Assembly (NCBI GenBank): GCA_010093815.1
Contig: ML996566.1
Origin: Pseudovirgaria hyperparasitica
Lineage: Eukaryota
DNA: 64,000 nucleotides
Direction: 5' to 3' (one strand)
The notes under the pieces: generated by a model
Databases searched by the model: none
Seen by the model: the letters and a program-made list of their open reading frames with translations, nothing else
Told to the model about the DNA's origin: nothing
Part shown: positions 48,530 to 60,083 of the stretch, piece after piece
Position numbering within the stretch: the stretch's first letter is position 1
Layout: every line of letters begins with the position of its first letter
Made by a program: the position numbers and the translations under genes

Positions 48530-51259
48530 TCAGAGTAACTGCTTCAAGGCCTCCGCCGCGACCTGCACAATTCCCGCATCTCTTGTCCTTTTCACTACCC
48601 CTTTCAGGACTTCCACACCCCCATTATCCCTCACAGCTCCCTTGCCCCTCTCCCCAAGCTCCCCAGGCGCACTCACAATATGGCCCACACAAACAGAAGC
48701 CCGATGTCTTACGCCCTCATCCTCATCACCACAAAGGTCCAGCAACACATTTACACCCTTTTCTCGAGCCAAAATACCGCTGACAGTGCCCTCCCATTCC
48801 GTGGCCATGGCCAATGCACCACCAGCCGCACGGCGCGTGGCAACGTCTTCGACATCTGCGAGCGCAAGGAGGACATGGAGACGCTGACTAGCCGCCGGGG
48901 AGCCGTCGGAGAATTTACCCGCACAGACAGGAGAGGGCATGAGGTTGCACAGCAACTCAACGGCGGCCCGGCGCACCATCGTGTTATTATGCAGCAGTAA
49001 ACTCGTCTCGAGGGTCGTCCAGGCGAGACGAAGAATAGTGTCACGTGGAGTTGTATCGTCCATGGATGCTAGGTTTGTCAGTGCGAGGAGGGCCTCGAAT
49101 GTAGGGAGGAGGTCTTTTGTCCCTTCGCCAGCCGCGTCTTCGTCGAGGAGGGAGAGAAGGGGACGGACGGCGTTGCTTGGTGGGATGCCAGCGAGGAAAA
49201 TGTGTGCTGGGTTGATGGAGATCAGGATCCGCGCGAGGGTGTGTGCGCAGGCGTGATTGCTTGCTGGGCTGTAGGAGACGGGCATGGGATGGGTGTCCTT
49301 GTGGAGTTCGTCCCAGACTTGCAATAGGAGTCTTACAGCACCTTGCTGTGCCATTGTGGGTCGATGTTTCTGCTCTTTACTAAGTGCGAGGAGGATCTGG
49401 AGCATCTGACTGCGTACGGCGGGCGAGGCGCGCTTAGAGCATGCCACAAGGAGGGGCACAATATTGGATTGTAGGACTTGTTTGCAGCGGCGTGAGACGT
49501 GGTCATCATCATCAAGAGGGTCATCTTTTGTAGGTTTTTTGGCAGCTGCGCCAGCGGCGGCGTACGTGCGTATATCGGCCATGCGCTTTTCTTCTTCGGA
49601 TCTTCGAGGCAGGTAGGCAGTGATATTGACGAATATAGTGAGACCACCGAACATAATGGGTTTGACATTCGTGGAGTCGAACATGGTCTCTATAAGTCGG
49701 CGGAGAAAGACCGGATCTTTCGCAAGTTGCTCTTTGATGTTAGATTGTAGAGATGCATATGCAAGACCTTCAACTGAGTCTTGTTTCATATGGTTGTCGG
49801 ACCCGAGCACGATCCTTTTGAAGCGCGCGACAAGTTCATCTTGAGGTTTCGGTTGGTCAATCTCCTCGACAGGGGATGTGGGAACCTGGGCGACAAGTTC
49901 ATCTTGGATCTTCATCAAGATCAGGGAAGCCAGAGTGCTTTTCTTTGCATCCATAGCTGCCTCGGCAATGCCTTGGATCCATTGACGGCAGTGTTTGCTA
50001 ATCGCTTCACGACAGGTCTTCTCGACGCAGGCCGCACTCAGGAGTTCCAATGCCGCTCGATCCAGAGTTTGACTGCGTCTTTCTTGCACTAGGTTCACGA
50101 AGCTGCTCATGAACCCCTCGGTCAGAAACAGTGTCGCCGCAACACTCGGCACGATTGGAAATATGGCAGCCGCAGCTGAGAAAGCAACGACCAAGGCATC
50201 TGGATTCGGTTTCTTGACCCTCCCTGTCACGAATTGTGTTATGAGCTTTTGACTCGTATCCGGGCTCAATTCGATCAATTTTGCTGTTGCGAGTGTCGCT
50301 TGACCACGTAGCATATTCGACAATCTGATATCCAGGCTTGACAGTATGACATCAAACGAGTCAGCATCGATGATACCCGTCAAATGTGGTGCTTCTGCCG
50401 CAAGGCTCCGCGCAATCACTCTCATCGCACGCTCCGGATGATCCAGGCCAGCTCTCATCATGGCAGCGAGACTGAGTTGGAACACATCTCTCTGCGCCGC
50501 GATCTGACTTTTCTCATCAAGCCAAGCCTTATCATCAAGGCATGTAATCACAATTGCATCTGCCGAGTCATCGCCACGATCGAAGAAAGTATTGAACGTC
50601 GGTGTTGGACTCTTCAGAACCTTCTCTGCGAGCCACTTACGTGCGCCTGGGTGCTTCATCAATTCACCTGTGACTTGGTCTGCCACATCATCGTCGGGCT
50701 CCAGATCCATCATGATGTCCAGGACCTGGCGAACGAACTGTTCATTCATGCTCGGAACGGATGTCCTCACAGCGTCGAGGACCTTACCGCCATCTGTCTC
50801 ACTCTTTGAGTGCACCCACGTCCGACACAGTCCAATCAGAGGATTCTTCTGTTCTTCCTTACCAAGAGACTTCCACCCAGCTGCCACACTCTCGTCGCCT
50901 GGTACGAGATGCGCGGCTTCGCGCAAGGCATGCGCAGCATCTTGGAAGCGGCCTTCCTTTGCTAGAACCGTGGAATGATGCACGAGTTCATTTGCACGAG
51001 CTTGCGCTCCATAAACGTGGGGTGACGAAGTTGTCGGTGCGTGTTCAGGTAAAGTGACAGTGGGCTTTGCGAGAAGGTTGGCAGACTCGGAGGCTGACGG
51101 AGTCATGTGACCTAAGTCTGGTTCTGATAGAGCGGAGTCCATATTCGTGGTGACTGGTGAAGGTTGGCCCTGGCTGGTTGCACTCGGTGTCGACGAGCTT
51201 TGTTGCTCTCTTGACGCTTCGTCAACGGCAGCCGGACCGCTGGCGTATTCGGGACTCAT
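48530..51259 (-). CDS. SHE4: UCS-domain myosin chaperone (She4/CRO1/UNC-45)
   Basis: ALELLSAACVEKTCR, SVEGLAYASLQSNIKEQL, MAQQGAVRLL, AHTLARILISINP, DLLPTFEALLALTNLAS, VRRAAVELLCNL, TRRAAGGALAM; 909 aa. Confidence 0.92.
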   Translation of the reverse strand: MSPEYASGPAAVDEASREQQSSSTPSATSQGQPSPVTTNMDSALSEPDLGHMTPSASESANLLAKPTVTLPEHAPTTSSPHVYGAQARANELVHHSTVLAKEGRFQDAAHALREAAHLVPGDESVAAGWKSLGKEEQKNPLIGLCRTWVHSKSETDGGKVLDAVRTSVPSMNEQFVRQVLDIMMDLEPDDDVADQVTGELMKHPGARKWLAEKVLKSPTPTFNTFFDRGDDSADAIVITCLDDKAWLDEKSQIAAQRDVFQLSLAAMMRAGLDHPERAMRVIARSLAAEAPHLTGIIDADSFDVILSSLDIRLSNMLRGQATLATAKLIELSPDTSQKLITQFVTGRVKKPNPDALVVAFSAAAAIFPIVPSVAATLFLTEGFMSSFVNLVQERRSQTLDRAALELLSAACVEKTCREAISKHCRQWIQGIAEAAMDAKKSTLASLILMKIQDELVAQVPTSPVEEIDQPKPQDELVARFKRIVLGSDNHMKQDSVEGLAYASLQSNIKEQLAKDPVFLRRLIETMFDSTNVKPIMFGGLTIFVNITAYLPRRSEEEKRMADIRTYAAAGAAAKKPTKDDPLDDDDHVSRRCKQVLQSNIVPLLVACSKRASPAVRSQMLQILLALSKEQKHRPTMAQQGAVRLLLQVWDELHKDTHPMPVSYSPASNHACAHTLARILISINPAHIFLAGIPPSNAVRPLLSLLDEDAAGEGTKDLLPTFEALLALTNLASMDDTTPRDTILRLAWTTLETSLLLHNNTMVRRAAVELLCNLMPSPVCAGKFSDGSPAASQRLHVLLALADVEDVATRRAAGGALAMATEWEGTVSGILAREKGVNVLLDLCGDEDEGVRHRASVCVGHIVSAPGELGERGKGAVRDNGGVEVLKGVVKRTRDAGIVQVAAEALKQLL

Positions 51260-51902
51260 CCCGAATCTTATGAGTGAACTCCGGGGGGCCCCGCTGTGTC
51301 CCGGTCGTAAGATCCGTGTCTTGAAAACGATGAATCGGTAGCACTAGCACCAACTTGCTTGAAAGTCGTTTGCCCTATTCGAATTGAGGTTATGAGGATA
51401 GGAGAGAAGGGGTATTTTAGGCCAACCCGGAAACATGAATCGAGAGAATCGGAGTTGATGTTGAACTAAGGTTTCCACCCGTGGCAGACCACCTCACCTG
51501 CCCGCCTGCAGTACCCCGAGCTAGCCATATTAGGCAAAAATGTGTTAGCGTCAGTCATGGGTCTCCGTAAGGCTTCTGAGGCAGGTACAAGACCAATGCG
51601 GATATTGTACGCGATCCTCTACCTTACCTTACTCAATATGTCTGATGGATGATGGCTACAACGTCTGTATGTATTGCTACAATCATCTCTATCTCGTACT
51701 TGCAACATGGACATAATCCGCTTGACTATAAAACAGCTATTCCAGGAACGCCCTTCGTGTGCTGTAGCGATAATCCACCAACGCCAGGCTATGCACAAAA
51801 CATTGCGACGAGAAAGGATGCGAGGACTCCAGCCGCGACCGATCGACGGTGTCGATGGTCATAAATGGGCTAACATGAACGCCTCGACAATGCAACTTTG
51901 TT

Positions 51903-54900
51903 TCAGATACTGACATACCCCTCCTCTTCCACTACCGGTGCATCCTCCCAGCCGGCTTCCGTAACACCGTGCCCGACAGATCGCTGACCTACTGCCAGAC
52001 TCATACCCTCACCCTCACCTCTTTCGACCCATTGCTTTTCGTTTATTTCTTCCCAGATGCGCTGGAAGTACATGCGGAGACTGCGAAGTCCACGCAAATA
52101 GCCGCGGTCAATGCCATTCGGGTCCTGTGGTGGACAGGAAACATCCTCCGGGAATTTGTCCTCTGCTGTGACACAATTTGCAAAGTCGACAATTTTGAGC
52201 TTAATATCTGCACCACTTCTTGGCATGCCGTTCGATGCCATTGTCTCTTGGCCCTCCGTGCCTAATGTCTGCCCATCCTCAGGTGGTAGACTTCCATCAT
52301 CGCGGTCGTAGAGCATAAGCAGGCTACTTGCATAGAATCTGTAACTCGGAAGTCTTCTTATCATCCTTTCTAAACGATCAATCTTCTCCAGAATGACGGG
52401 GATATGTCTGCTGGCGCTAATATATCCGATTCCGTCATAGAAGAAGCGTTTGAGCGCATCCTGGAATTCTTTGCCCGCCTTTAAGTCGCGTCCAAAATAC
52501 TTGTCCTCGAACAAATATGACTGTGTCTTGATGTTGTAGACCTGCATTCCGCAGACGCGCACACCTAGTTCCCTGGAAGTCGTCATCTTACATTTGCGAC
52601 GTTGGGATCGTTGCTTCTTTTCGTCTGCTTCGACGCCATATTGACGTGTGCCCATCTTGAGGTCAAGAACACATGGTTTGTTCATCCCACTCGTCAAGTC
52701 TTCCAACAGCAAAAAGTGTTCAACTCTTTCATCCGACTGTGTTTGAGCCTGGTCTGGGTTCATTGGTTCATTGCCGCTAAGGTTCCACCCCCCTGGTATG
52801 GTAACATCGCTTTTGACTCCCGTCAGATTCTGTCCCACCCCTGCCGATCTGTGCTTGCTATGGTCCTTCGAACTCGGTCCGCTCCTTATATTTCCCGGGG
52901 TGGGTGATTCTTTTTCCATTGGGAAAACATCGTCTTCACAATCTGCCCGGTATGCGTCCTCGTCGGTATCTTGCTCGTGAAATTCTAGATGACTCCTTTT
53001 GCCTGTCTCGACATCTATGGCTCGTCTTCGAAGCCCTCCACCAGAGTGGCGCCTTCTGGGGTATTTGCGAGGTGATGAAGAATCTGACCGATCTGGTATG
53101 TCCATACCAATTCGCTCGTAATAAGACTCTGCGTAATGCGACGCTTCTTCAATAGGATGCTGTAGCTCTGTTTCACCAGCTCTCTCCATGGCCTGCTGGG
53201 CTGCTGCGTTCATGGCTTGCCTTCTCGTTGATTCGTCACGAAACGCTGTTTGCAGTAATGATACGTCTGCACTGTTTCTCCTGCCTGAAGGCGCAGATCC
53301 CGCGATGGCCCTGCTCAATCGTCGATTAGGAAGACTGCCATGATGGTTACGCTCACTCTTGTAGTGGTGGTGGATTGTAGGAGGGGTAAAAACCTCGCGA
53401 AGGACCTGCTCTTGGAGTTTTCTGTTCACTGTAGTCGCGCCCCAGCTAGAATGATGTCTCACTGGAGGGCGAGTGATAGATCGATGCGGGCTGTCTGGAT
53501 GATCTGACCCACCGGGGCCCACATCGCTCGCGTTGCGCTTATGCATGGATGCTAGCAGGCTCGGATCAGAGAGCTGACTTCTTGGAGGCATGGTCCGTGG
53601 TGGTACACGAAAAAGATCGGCAGGTATTATGTGGCGGTTGTTCTCAAACACCACCTGTGGTACAGAATCTTTGCGTTGTGACTGAGAATGACTGACTATC
53701 CGAGCCGACGAGGTATCATCAGCAGATCTGTTGTCGCTTGCATCTTGTTGCAACGTCGCATCTGAGTTTCTTCCTCCGGAGGATGTGGTCCCTTCAACCT
53801 TCCTCTCATTCCGCGCACTCTTCTTTCGTCTAGCCCGACGACGATAGGTTACATTCAAGACACCAATATACCTATATCACATGACATGTCAGTAGATTTC
53901 GGAGGATGATGATTGCCCTCGAATCATGAGAATTTACTGGGATTCAGCTGAATAGATAGAAAGTGCTTCGAGATAGGCTTACCTTGGCATGAATTCCAAC
54001 AACTCAGCATGAAAGCGCTCCACGGTTTCATAGAACTCGTTTTCGCGATTGTTAAGTTGTTTACATACAGCTCGGCGAGAGAAGCGATAGATTGTCGTAT
54101 GGCCTCCGACTTGATGATCAAACGGCTTCAGCTCAACAGCTCCGATGGGTGCCGGTGGGTGCGGGCCTTTCTGTACCTTATGCTCGGTTACTAGAGCGCT
54201 GGCTTTTGGTGTAGTACTGAGATCATCTGTTGCGCTAGATTCGTATCCGCGTGGTGAACCTACTGAATCACCATACAGATCTTGCTCGGAATCTGAAGCA
54301 GAGGCAGTATCATTCGTGTATGCATCATCCTCTGCATCTGGAGTCAGGGTCGCTATATCGCCATGGAGTACCTGCTCGTCTGCTTGTGACTTCAATGCGA
54401 TTTCGATCTCATCAGCTGTTGGGTTCTCAGGTATTGAAAGCTCTGATACTGAGCGTTCCTTCGTATTCGGTGGCACTGTTGCCTGGCGTGCAAGGTCCGG
54501 AGCAACCATGAGAGCATCACCATCTCTGGTATCTTGCTCGGTCTTGTCGGGGGAAATCTGACGGTGTGGATAGTATAACGCCGACGATATTTGCTCATGT
54601 TCCGACTCTTCATCCTCACTCGCAGTCAGACTGATATGTGGGCCTTGCACTATCGGCGGAAAGTAGCCTTTATCTGATTCTCGTGGCCTTCGTTGATCTG
54701 AACGCAATGTCGACCTCTTGCTGCGTTCAGTAACAGTAGTTGGGAGACTGCGGGAAAAGGATGTGCCGCGCTCTGCTCCTGGTGTAATATTATGATGGTT
54801 ACGAATCTCTTCGAGGAGTCGGATGGGGAATGAGGGCGTGGATTCAACCACAGGGGGTTGTGTCACGCTGTTCGGAGACGCGACAGCACTAAGCACCGAG

Positions 54901-56006
54901 TCTTTCTCACCACTGGGACTTCGCACGAGTGTAGGACGATCGCAATGGAGCATCTGAGCATCAGATGTAGACACTTCATGAGCAGGAGATAGTGATTGAA
55001 CATGATCCAAAGCAATATTGTCTTGGCCTTTGTTTTTGGGGGACACATTTTTCTCGTATAAAGACCGACCATCTTTTCTGTCTTCCACGGACCGCTCTTT
55101 TAGTCTCTCTTCGCGCCTTTTCTGCTCTTCTTGACCCTGCTCACCCTTGAACAGGCCTAGGTAATGACTGGCTTTCCTGCTGCGTGCCTGCATGACCGGC
55201 TGATCTGGCTTGGGTAAAGCAGCTTCAATTTTTCTAGCAACGACAGCTTTAACGCTGCTGGTGGGCTTTAAAGCTGTGCTGAGTGTTGCTTTGCCCTCCC
55301 GCCACGAACGGTATTTCAAACGCTCCTCATTATCTTCTAATATTCGTGCAGAATGAGGGGAACCCGGTGGTGGAGAGGGAGGAGAATCGAAGGGAGAGTG
55401 ATTAGAGCCGAAGAGAGAAGATAAGTCAGAGCTGCTCTCTTCGAAAGTTTTTTGAATATGTATGTTGTTTGGTAGAGATTGATCGTCGCGAGGTGGTGAG
55501 AACATGTAGCCCTTTTGATCGTGGCGTCCAAGGGCATCATTGAGGAGTCGCCGCTCAAGCTGGATCGGAATGGAAGAAGGAGGAGAAGGGGGATGGCGCT
55601 GGTAGTTGCGTAGGAGGGACGGCTCGACCAGTCTCCGCATGGACGGCATGGTGGCGGCTTCTATGTCTGGTATGTTTGACATACTACCTTCATATGTGAA
55701 GCTCTCTGTTGGTCTCAAGTCTGGAGAAGTAGACGGACTGTTGGTATGTATATAATTGGTTGCGAAAATGCTATCTCTTTCTGAGAGTTGTGGTTGTGTA
55801 GGAGACATCCAGAGGGTATCAATATTTAATGGGACAGTTCGTGACCTTCCAGTCTGTGACAAGCTCTTCGGCGTCACCTCGTTTCCATGTTGCGCAGGAG
55901 CCCTGAGCTGCGCAGGAGATTTACCTGGCGCATGTCTGGAAGTTGATGAACGCTTCTCAGCAAAGGGAGGAGAGGAATGGTCGGGAGCGGCGGAGGCAGC
56001 GGACAT
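51903..56006 (-). CDS. KCS1: Inositol hexakisphosphate kinase (Kcs1-like)
   Basis: VELKPFDHQVGGH, ENEFYE, FMPR|YIGVLNV across intron 53982-53872, FLLLEDLT, PCVLDLKMGTRQYG, YASSLL, IVDFAN, GYLRGLRSL. Confidence 0.93.
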
Positions 56007-57169
56007 GGAGTTGACATTGGTGTTGGGTCTGAGCGCGTGGACTAGATCAATGGCAGATAGTCTCTAGAATGATCAACGTTACAGGAGATCCCGAAGTGAT
56101 GTACAGGTACCGAAGGCGAGAATGATTTAATTCGCAAAGGCACTAGAGAAGCTTGACTGGTCCCTTGTTGGCGCGCCCAATCAAGAAGGCCACGTTCCAG
56201 GTGATCTGTGCTGGTTTGCGCAACGCGACGGAAATAAATTGAAGAGGAGAGTATTGTTGCGGTGTGGAATGTACGTGCGTGGTAGGCGACGCATGATCGG
56301 TGAAGTCACGGAGGCGTGCAGCAGTGGACGGGGTAGAGGGCTGGTAGAGCGATTCATGAAGGACCGGGGGTTGTGCTGGTACCGACCCCAGGCGACCTGA
56401 CGGTACTCTAATTATCTCACTATTATCATGCTCTATAAAGATAATGAAATGCGCGCTATCTGAGTAATGATTGGCTGACAGCAGGATATGCCCCATAACT
56501 TTCCGGCTTCCGCGAAGACTACTGTTATCCGGAAGATGTTGCTCGTCATCCATCTGGTGGCTACACCATCTATTATTGTAATACGATACGACACACTGAT
56601 AAAGAGGCCTTTATGTATCGTATTGTATCTAATTAGCAGCCTCCAACTTCAGCTAGAACTATGAAAGGCATGTGCCGCACTCTATGACAATTCTCGAGGT
56701 ATCTGCAAATTGACCTGGGCAAAGCTTCGTGTCGCACATTATCGTCTCTCGCAGTTACGTGTTATGCTAGAAGTGTTGAGGATAAGCTTATCATTTAGAG
56801 CAACTGGTCAAGGTCTTTTGCTATTGACCTATGACAATCGACCCTACCCTCTCCAATCACCTTGTCCAGCGCGACAACGTGGTCACAACCTTCACATCTA
56901 TTGCGGTGAGACAACCTGCAAAGAGCTTGTCGGACACGGGAAATATCAGACGGCGTCAGGGGATGTACAACGCGTCCTATACTATGCTCGCTAAATGATA
57001 CTAGAACAACGGGTGGAAGAGCGGGAGCGCACGTCTTGCCTCCCATAAATATTTTGTGGCACGGTCGAATAACAATTGGGAAGCATGTGACTTGTTCTCC
57101 GTGTTTATATGAAAATTCGTTGTCATTCTACTCTGTCGTGATCATGTACCAATGCTACTGCCTGACATA

Positions 57170-59224
57170 TTATATATTTCTGGCAGCAGAACTTTTACTA
57201 GCTGATGGTGACTCGTGGACATCCCAACTGTCTAGCATTTCATCCATAAAGTCAAATGCTTCAGATGTGTTGACGACGCTTGCATCCAGAAGTCGCTGGC
57301 CAGCCTCGTAGCTAAGCATTGTCCGAGCCTGTCGATTTGCAGATTGCAGTGACCAGGGTGTTTCCTGCTCTCTTTCTTGTAGAGAGGTCTTTGGTGTGCA
57401 TAATGTAGCAAAGGATGCTGCAGCATTCGGAGACTTGAGTGTCACTTTCTGGCTGGTGTTACAAGAGTCTTCATGACTTCCAGACTTCGGGTTCCTCAAG
57501 ATCGCCCGTGTGGGCTCTGGGGGAATGCGGTCATGTGAAATGATCGGGGTACACCTCAGAGGACTACCAAGAGTGCTATGGTACACTCCATCCAATTGCT
57601 CAGATACTTTCTCGGGTGTGTACCCTCGAACGAAGGGCGAGGTGGCTGCCAGCAGAGCCTGTGTATCGAGAGGTATTCTGCTCCTCGCGTGCGACGGGTC
57701 TCCTAAATGGAAGCTGGACGTAGACCGTAAATGAAAATCTTTGAAGGGTGTCACAGTCTCGACAACATCCGGGATATCTCTGGTGGGTGTTTGGGCCCCA
57801 TGACGAAGTGCTTGACGATGATCTGGCCCCGGTGATTGGAATGCGTCTTGGAATGCTCCGTGTACTTCTTCCATTGCAGCTTGTGTAGAGAAGTCACCAT
57901 TTGAGATCTGGACAAAGCGCGCATCCTGAGCGTTCTGAACATCAGATAAATTGGTACAGACAGTAGTAGTATTCGTGTCTTGATTCAATGGTATTTCTCC
58001 TTTCTTAATGGCTGACAAGGCCATATTCTGCGATCCCACAGCTACATGGCCGTGGGACTCTGGACGGTCTTCAACGCTCATGGCTCTATGTTCGGGGGTA
58101 GCGGTGCCATTTTTGCATACCATTTCATTAGAGAAACTTCCCTTCAAGCTTCTGTCCTTCCTGGAAGGGGTGTCAGACTTAACAGGCTGCGGTCCCTCTA
58201 CACACACGCGAGTCTTTCTTTTCGTTTGGACAGCATCGGACATCCCGCCTCGAGTCAGGTTGCTCGGGGCCAGGGTAGACGCCGTGCGACGAAACCACGG
58301 AGTGGAAACACAAGCGGTTGTATCTTTGACGTTGATCCTAGTATGTGCAGCTCTTTGCGGTATTCTCCGACCACTTTCGCTTCCCGCTTCGAGAGCATTC
58401 GATGCAGATATCGGAGGTGAATCTGGGTGGATGTTGTTCGGCTGTTTTGCAGCTCTATCCACAGCCAGTCCGGTTGCTGTTGTGTGGTTGTCGTCGACAC
58501 TGCTAGTTGGTTCCTGTTTACTATCGCCATCTTCTTCACTTGCGATACTCTTCGCCATCGGTTGCGGTGTTTGCTGCTTAGTAGCAGGCGGACTCGTCTG
58601 AGATAATCGAATCGGAAACGCTTTGGTATGGGCATCTAGACCCGAAACCGTGATATCGACGGTCAGGTCTACAGGGAACTCATCTGATCTACCCAAGCCA
58701 TCTGTCTGTAACTGGGTCGCTTTTTCTATTCGTGCCCTACGTTCGGCCCGGCGTTGTCTCCTCTTTCCTGATCGCTCCGTCGCTAGGTCTTCGCGTAGAC
58801 ACCTCAGCTTTGCACTTACCTCAGTGGCAGAAAGTGTGTACCCAGATGCCCATCTTTCGTCCCATGGATTTTCTTCCAAGTTGGTACCAAGCGTGAGTGA
58901 CGCCGTTAGTATCGTTGGTACGTTCTTCCCGTTCGTATAAGCATTAGCGATGGCAGCAACCCTTTGCCTCTTTGAGTTCCGTTCGGCGTAATCCACTGAT
59001 TGTTCTCGATAGCTTAGATGTATGCGTTCAGGAGGAGGAACATAGTACTCTTCCACATCCTCTGCAGCCAGTAGTGAATAGAATGTGCGCTTGAAACCGT
59101 GCAGGCTATGGTTTCTTCCGGCATAACGGCCTTGTATTATGCAGTCTGTTCGTCTAGCGTTGTATCGACGGATCTCTAATCTGCGAAGCTCTTCCGGATA
59201 TCTGGTACAGGAGCTCGGGGCCAT
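57170..59224 (-). CDS. Conserved fungal hypothetical protein (low complexity)
   Basis: 684-aa ORF with KRQRVAAIANAY..ILTASL..NPW, STQAAM/DTQALL motifs and C-terminal FMDEMLDSWDV, resembling an uncharacterised Pezizomycotina family. Confidence 0.7.
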   Translation of the reverse strand: MAPSSCTRYPEELRRLEIRRYNARRTDCIIQGRYAGRNHSLHGFKRTFYSLLAAEDVEEYYVPPPERIHLSYREQSVDYAERNSKRQRVAAIANAYTNGKNVPTILTASLTLGTNLEENPWDERWASGYTLSATEVSAKLRCLREDLATERSGKRRQRRAERRARIEKATQLQTDGLGRSDEFPVDLTVDITVSGLDAHTKAFPIRLSQTSPPATKQQTPQPMAKSIASEEDGDSKQEPTSSVDDNHTTATGLAVDRAAKQPNNIHPDSPPISASNALEAGSESGRRIPQRAAHTRINVKDTTACVSTPWFRRTASTLAPSNLTRGGMSDAVQTKRKTRVCVEGPQPVKSDTPSRKDRSLKGSFSNEMVCKNGTATPEHRAMSVEDRPESHGHVAVGSQNMALSAIKKGEIPLNQDTNTTTVCTNLSDVQNAQDARFVQISNGDFSTQAAMEEVHGAFQDAFQSPGPDHRQALRHGAQTPTRDIPDVVETVTPFKDFHLRSTSSFHLGDPSHARSRIPLDTQALLAATSPFVRGYTPEKVSEQLDGVYHSTLGSPLRCTPIISHDRIPPEPTRAILRNPKSGSHEDSCNTSQKVTLKSPNAAASFATLCTPKTSLQEREQETPWSLQSANRQARTMLSYEAGQRLLDASVVNTSEAFDFMDEMLDSWDVHESPSASKSSAARNI

Positions 59225-60083
59225 GAGTCTGAGGAGTCGAGGGGCTGCGGCTTGACTTGATTTCTAGGCTGATGTGCGAGATGGTGTCATAGGTGACGGT
59301 CAATGGGTGTAAAGGAGCGAGAGAGAGAGACTGCTGGAATTAGCGATGAGGAAATGGTACGACTGGTTGTGCTGAATGGAACCACAGGTTTGCAAAGCAC
59401 ATATTGCAAAGCGGACTCTCTACAGAGTGCAACTAAAGGTTCATGAGGCAACAGCCGCCAGTCGTTGCCAGGTCAGGTATCTGCGCAGGCGAAGGACAAA
59501 TGATGACGCAGCTGTACAAGTGTTCTCATGATTGGAGCCATCCATTTGACTGCAAGGTACACTAGTGTACAAATATCAACTGGTAATGTCCAGGGGGAGT
59601 AGCCATTTGGCAGCAGGACTTTACTTGAGACAGGAATTCATCATACATGAGATATGAGGCAGTTCTGCCTGCCGTCCTGAGGCTTAGGCACCTGCCTAGC
59701 GAGCCGTCGCCGCCCTTAAATGTGGCGGTGTCGTCGGTCGAACGTGGGGTGCCGCCACGCTAATGGTAAACTACGAGGTGGAAACAGTGCAGGGATCGGC
59801 GTGTTGGAAAACGTTCTTGGTAGGAGTAACGAGTTTCAGATCATAACAAGACGCGGTACAGCTCAACCTCATTTACACCTCTGCCACAACCTTCTCATCT
59901 TCAGGCTACCTGAACCTACTCTCGTCCTCCCTCGATATCACACTCGCTCTTGCCACTCGACTCCATCCCTGGGCACATATGATGTCCGGATACCTACCAA
60001 CACTACTCCGTTACATGTAAACAAACCCATCGTCTTCCGTCACTGCATGCGACAGCAGGCCACCGCTAGCATCACGATACCTG

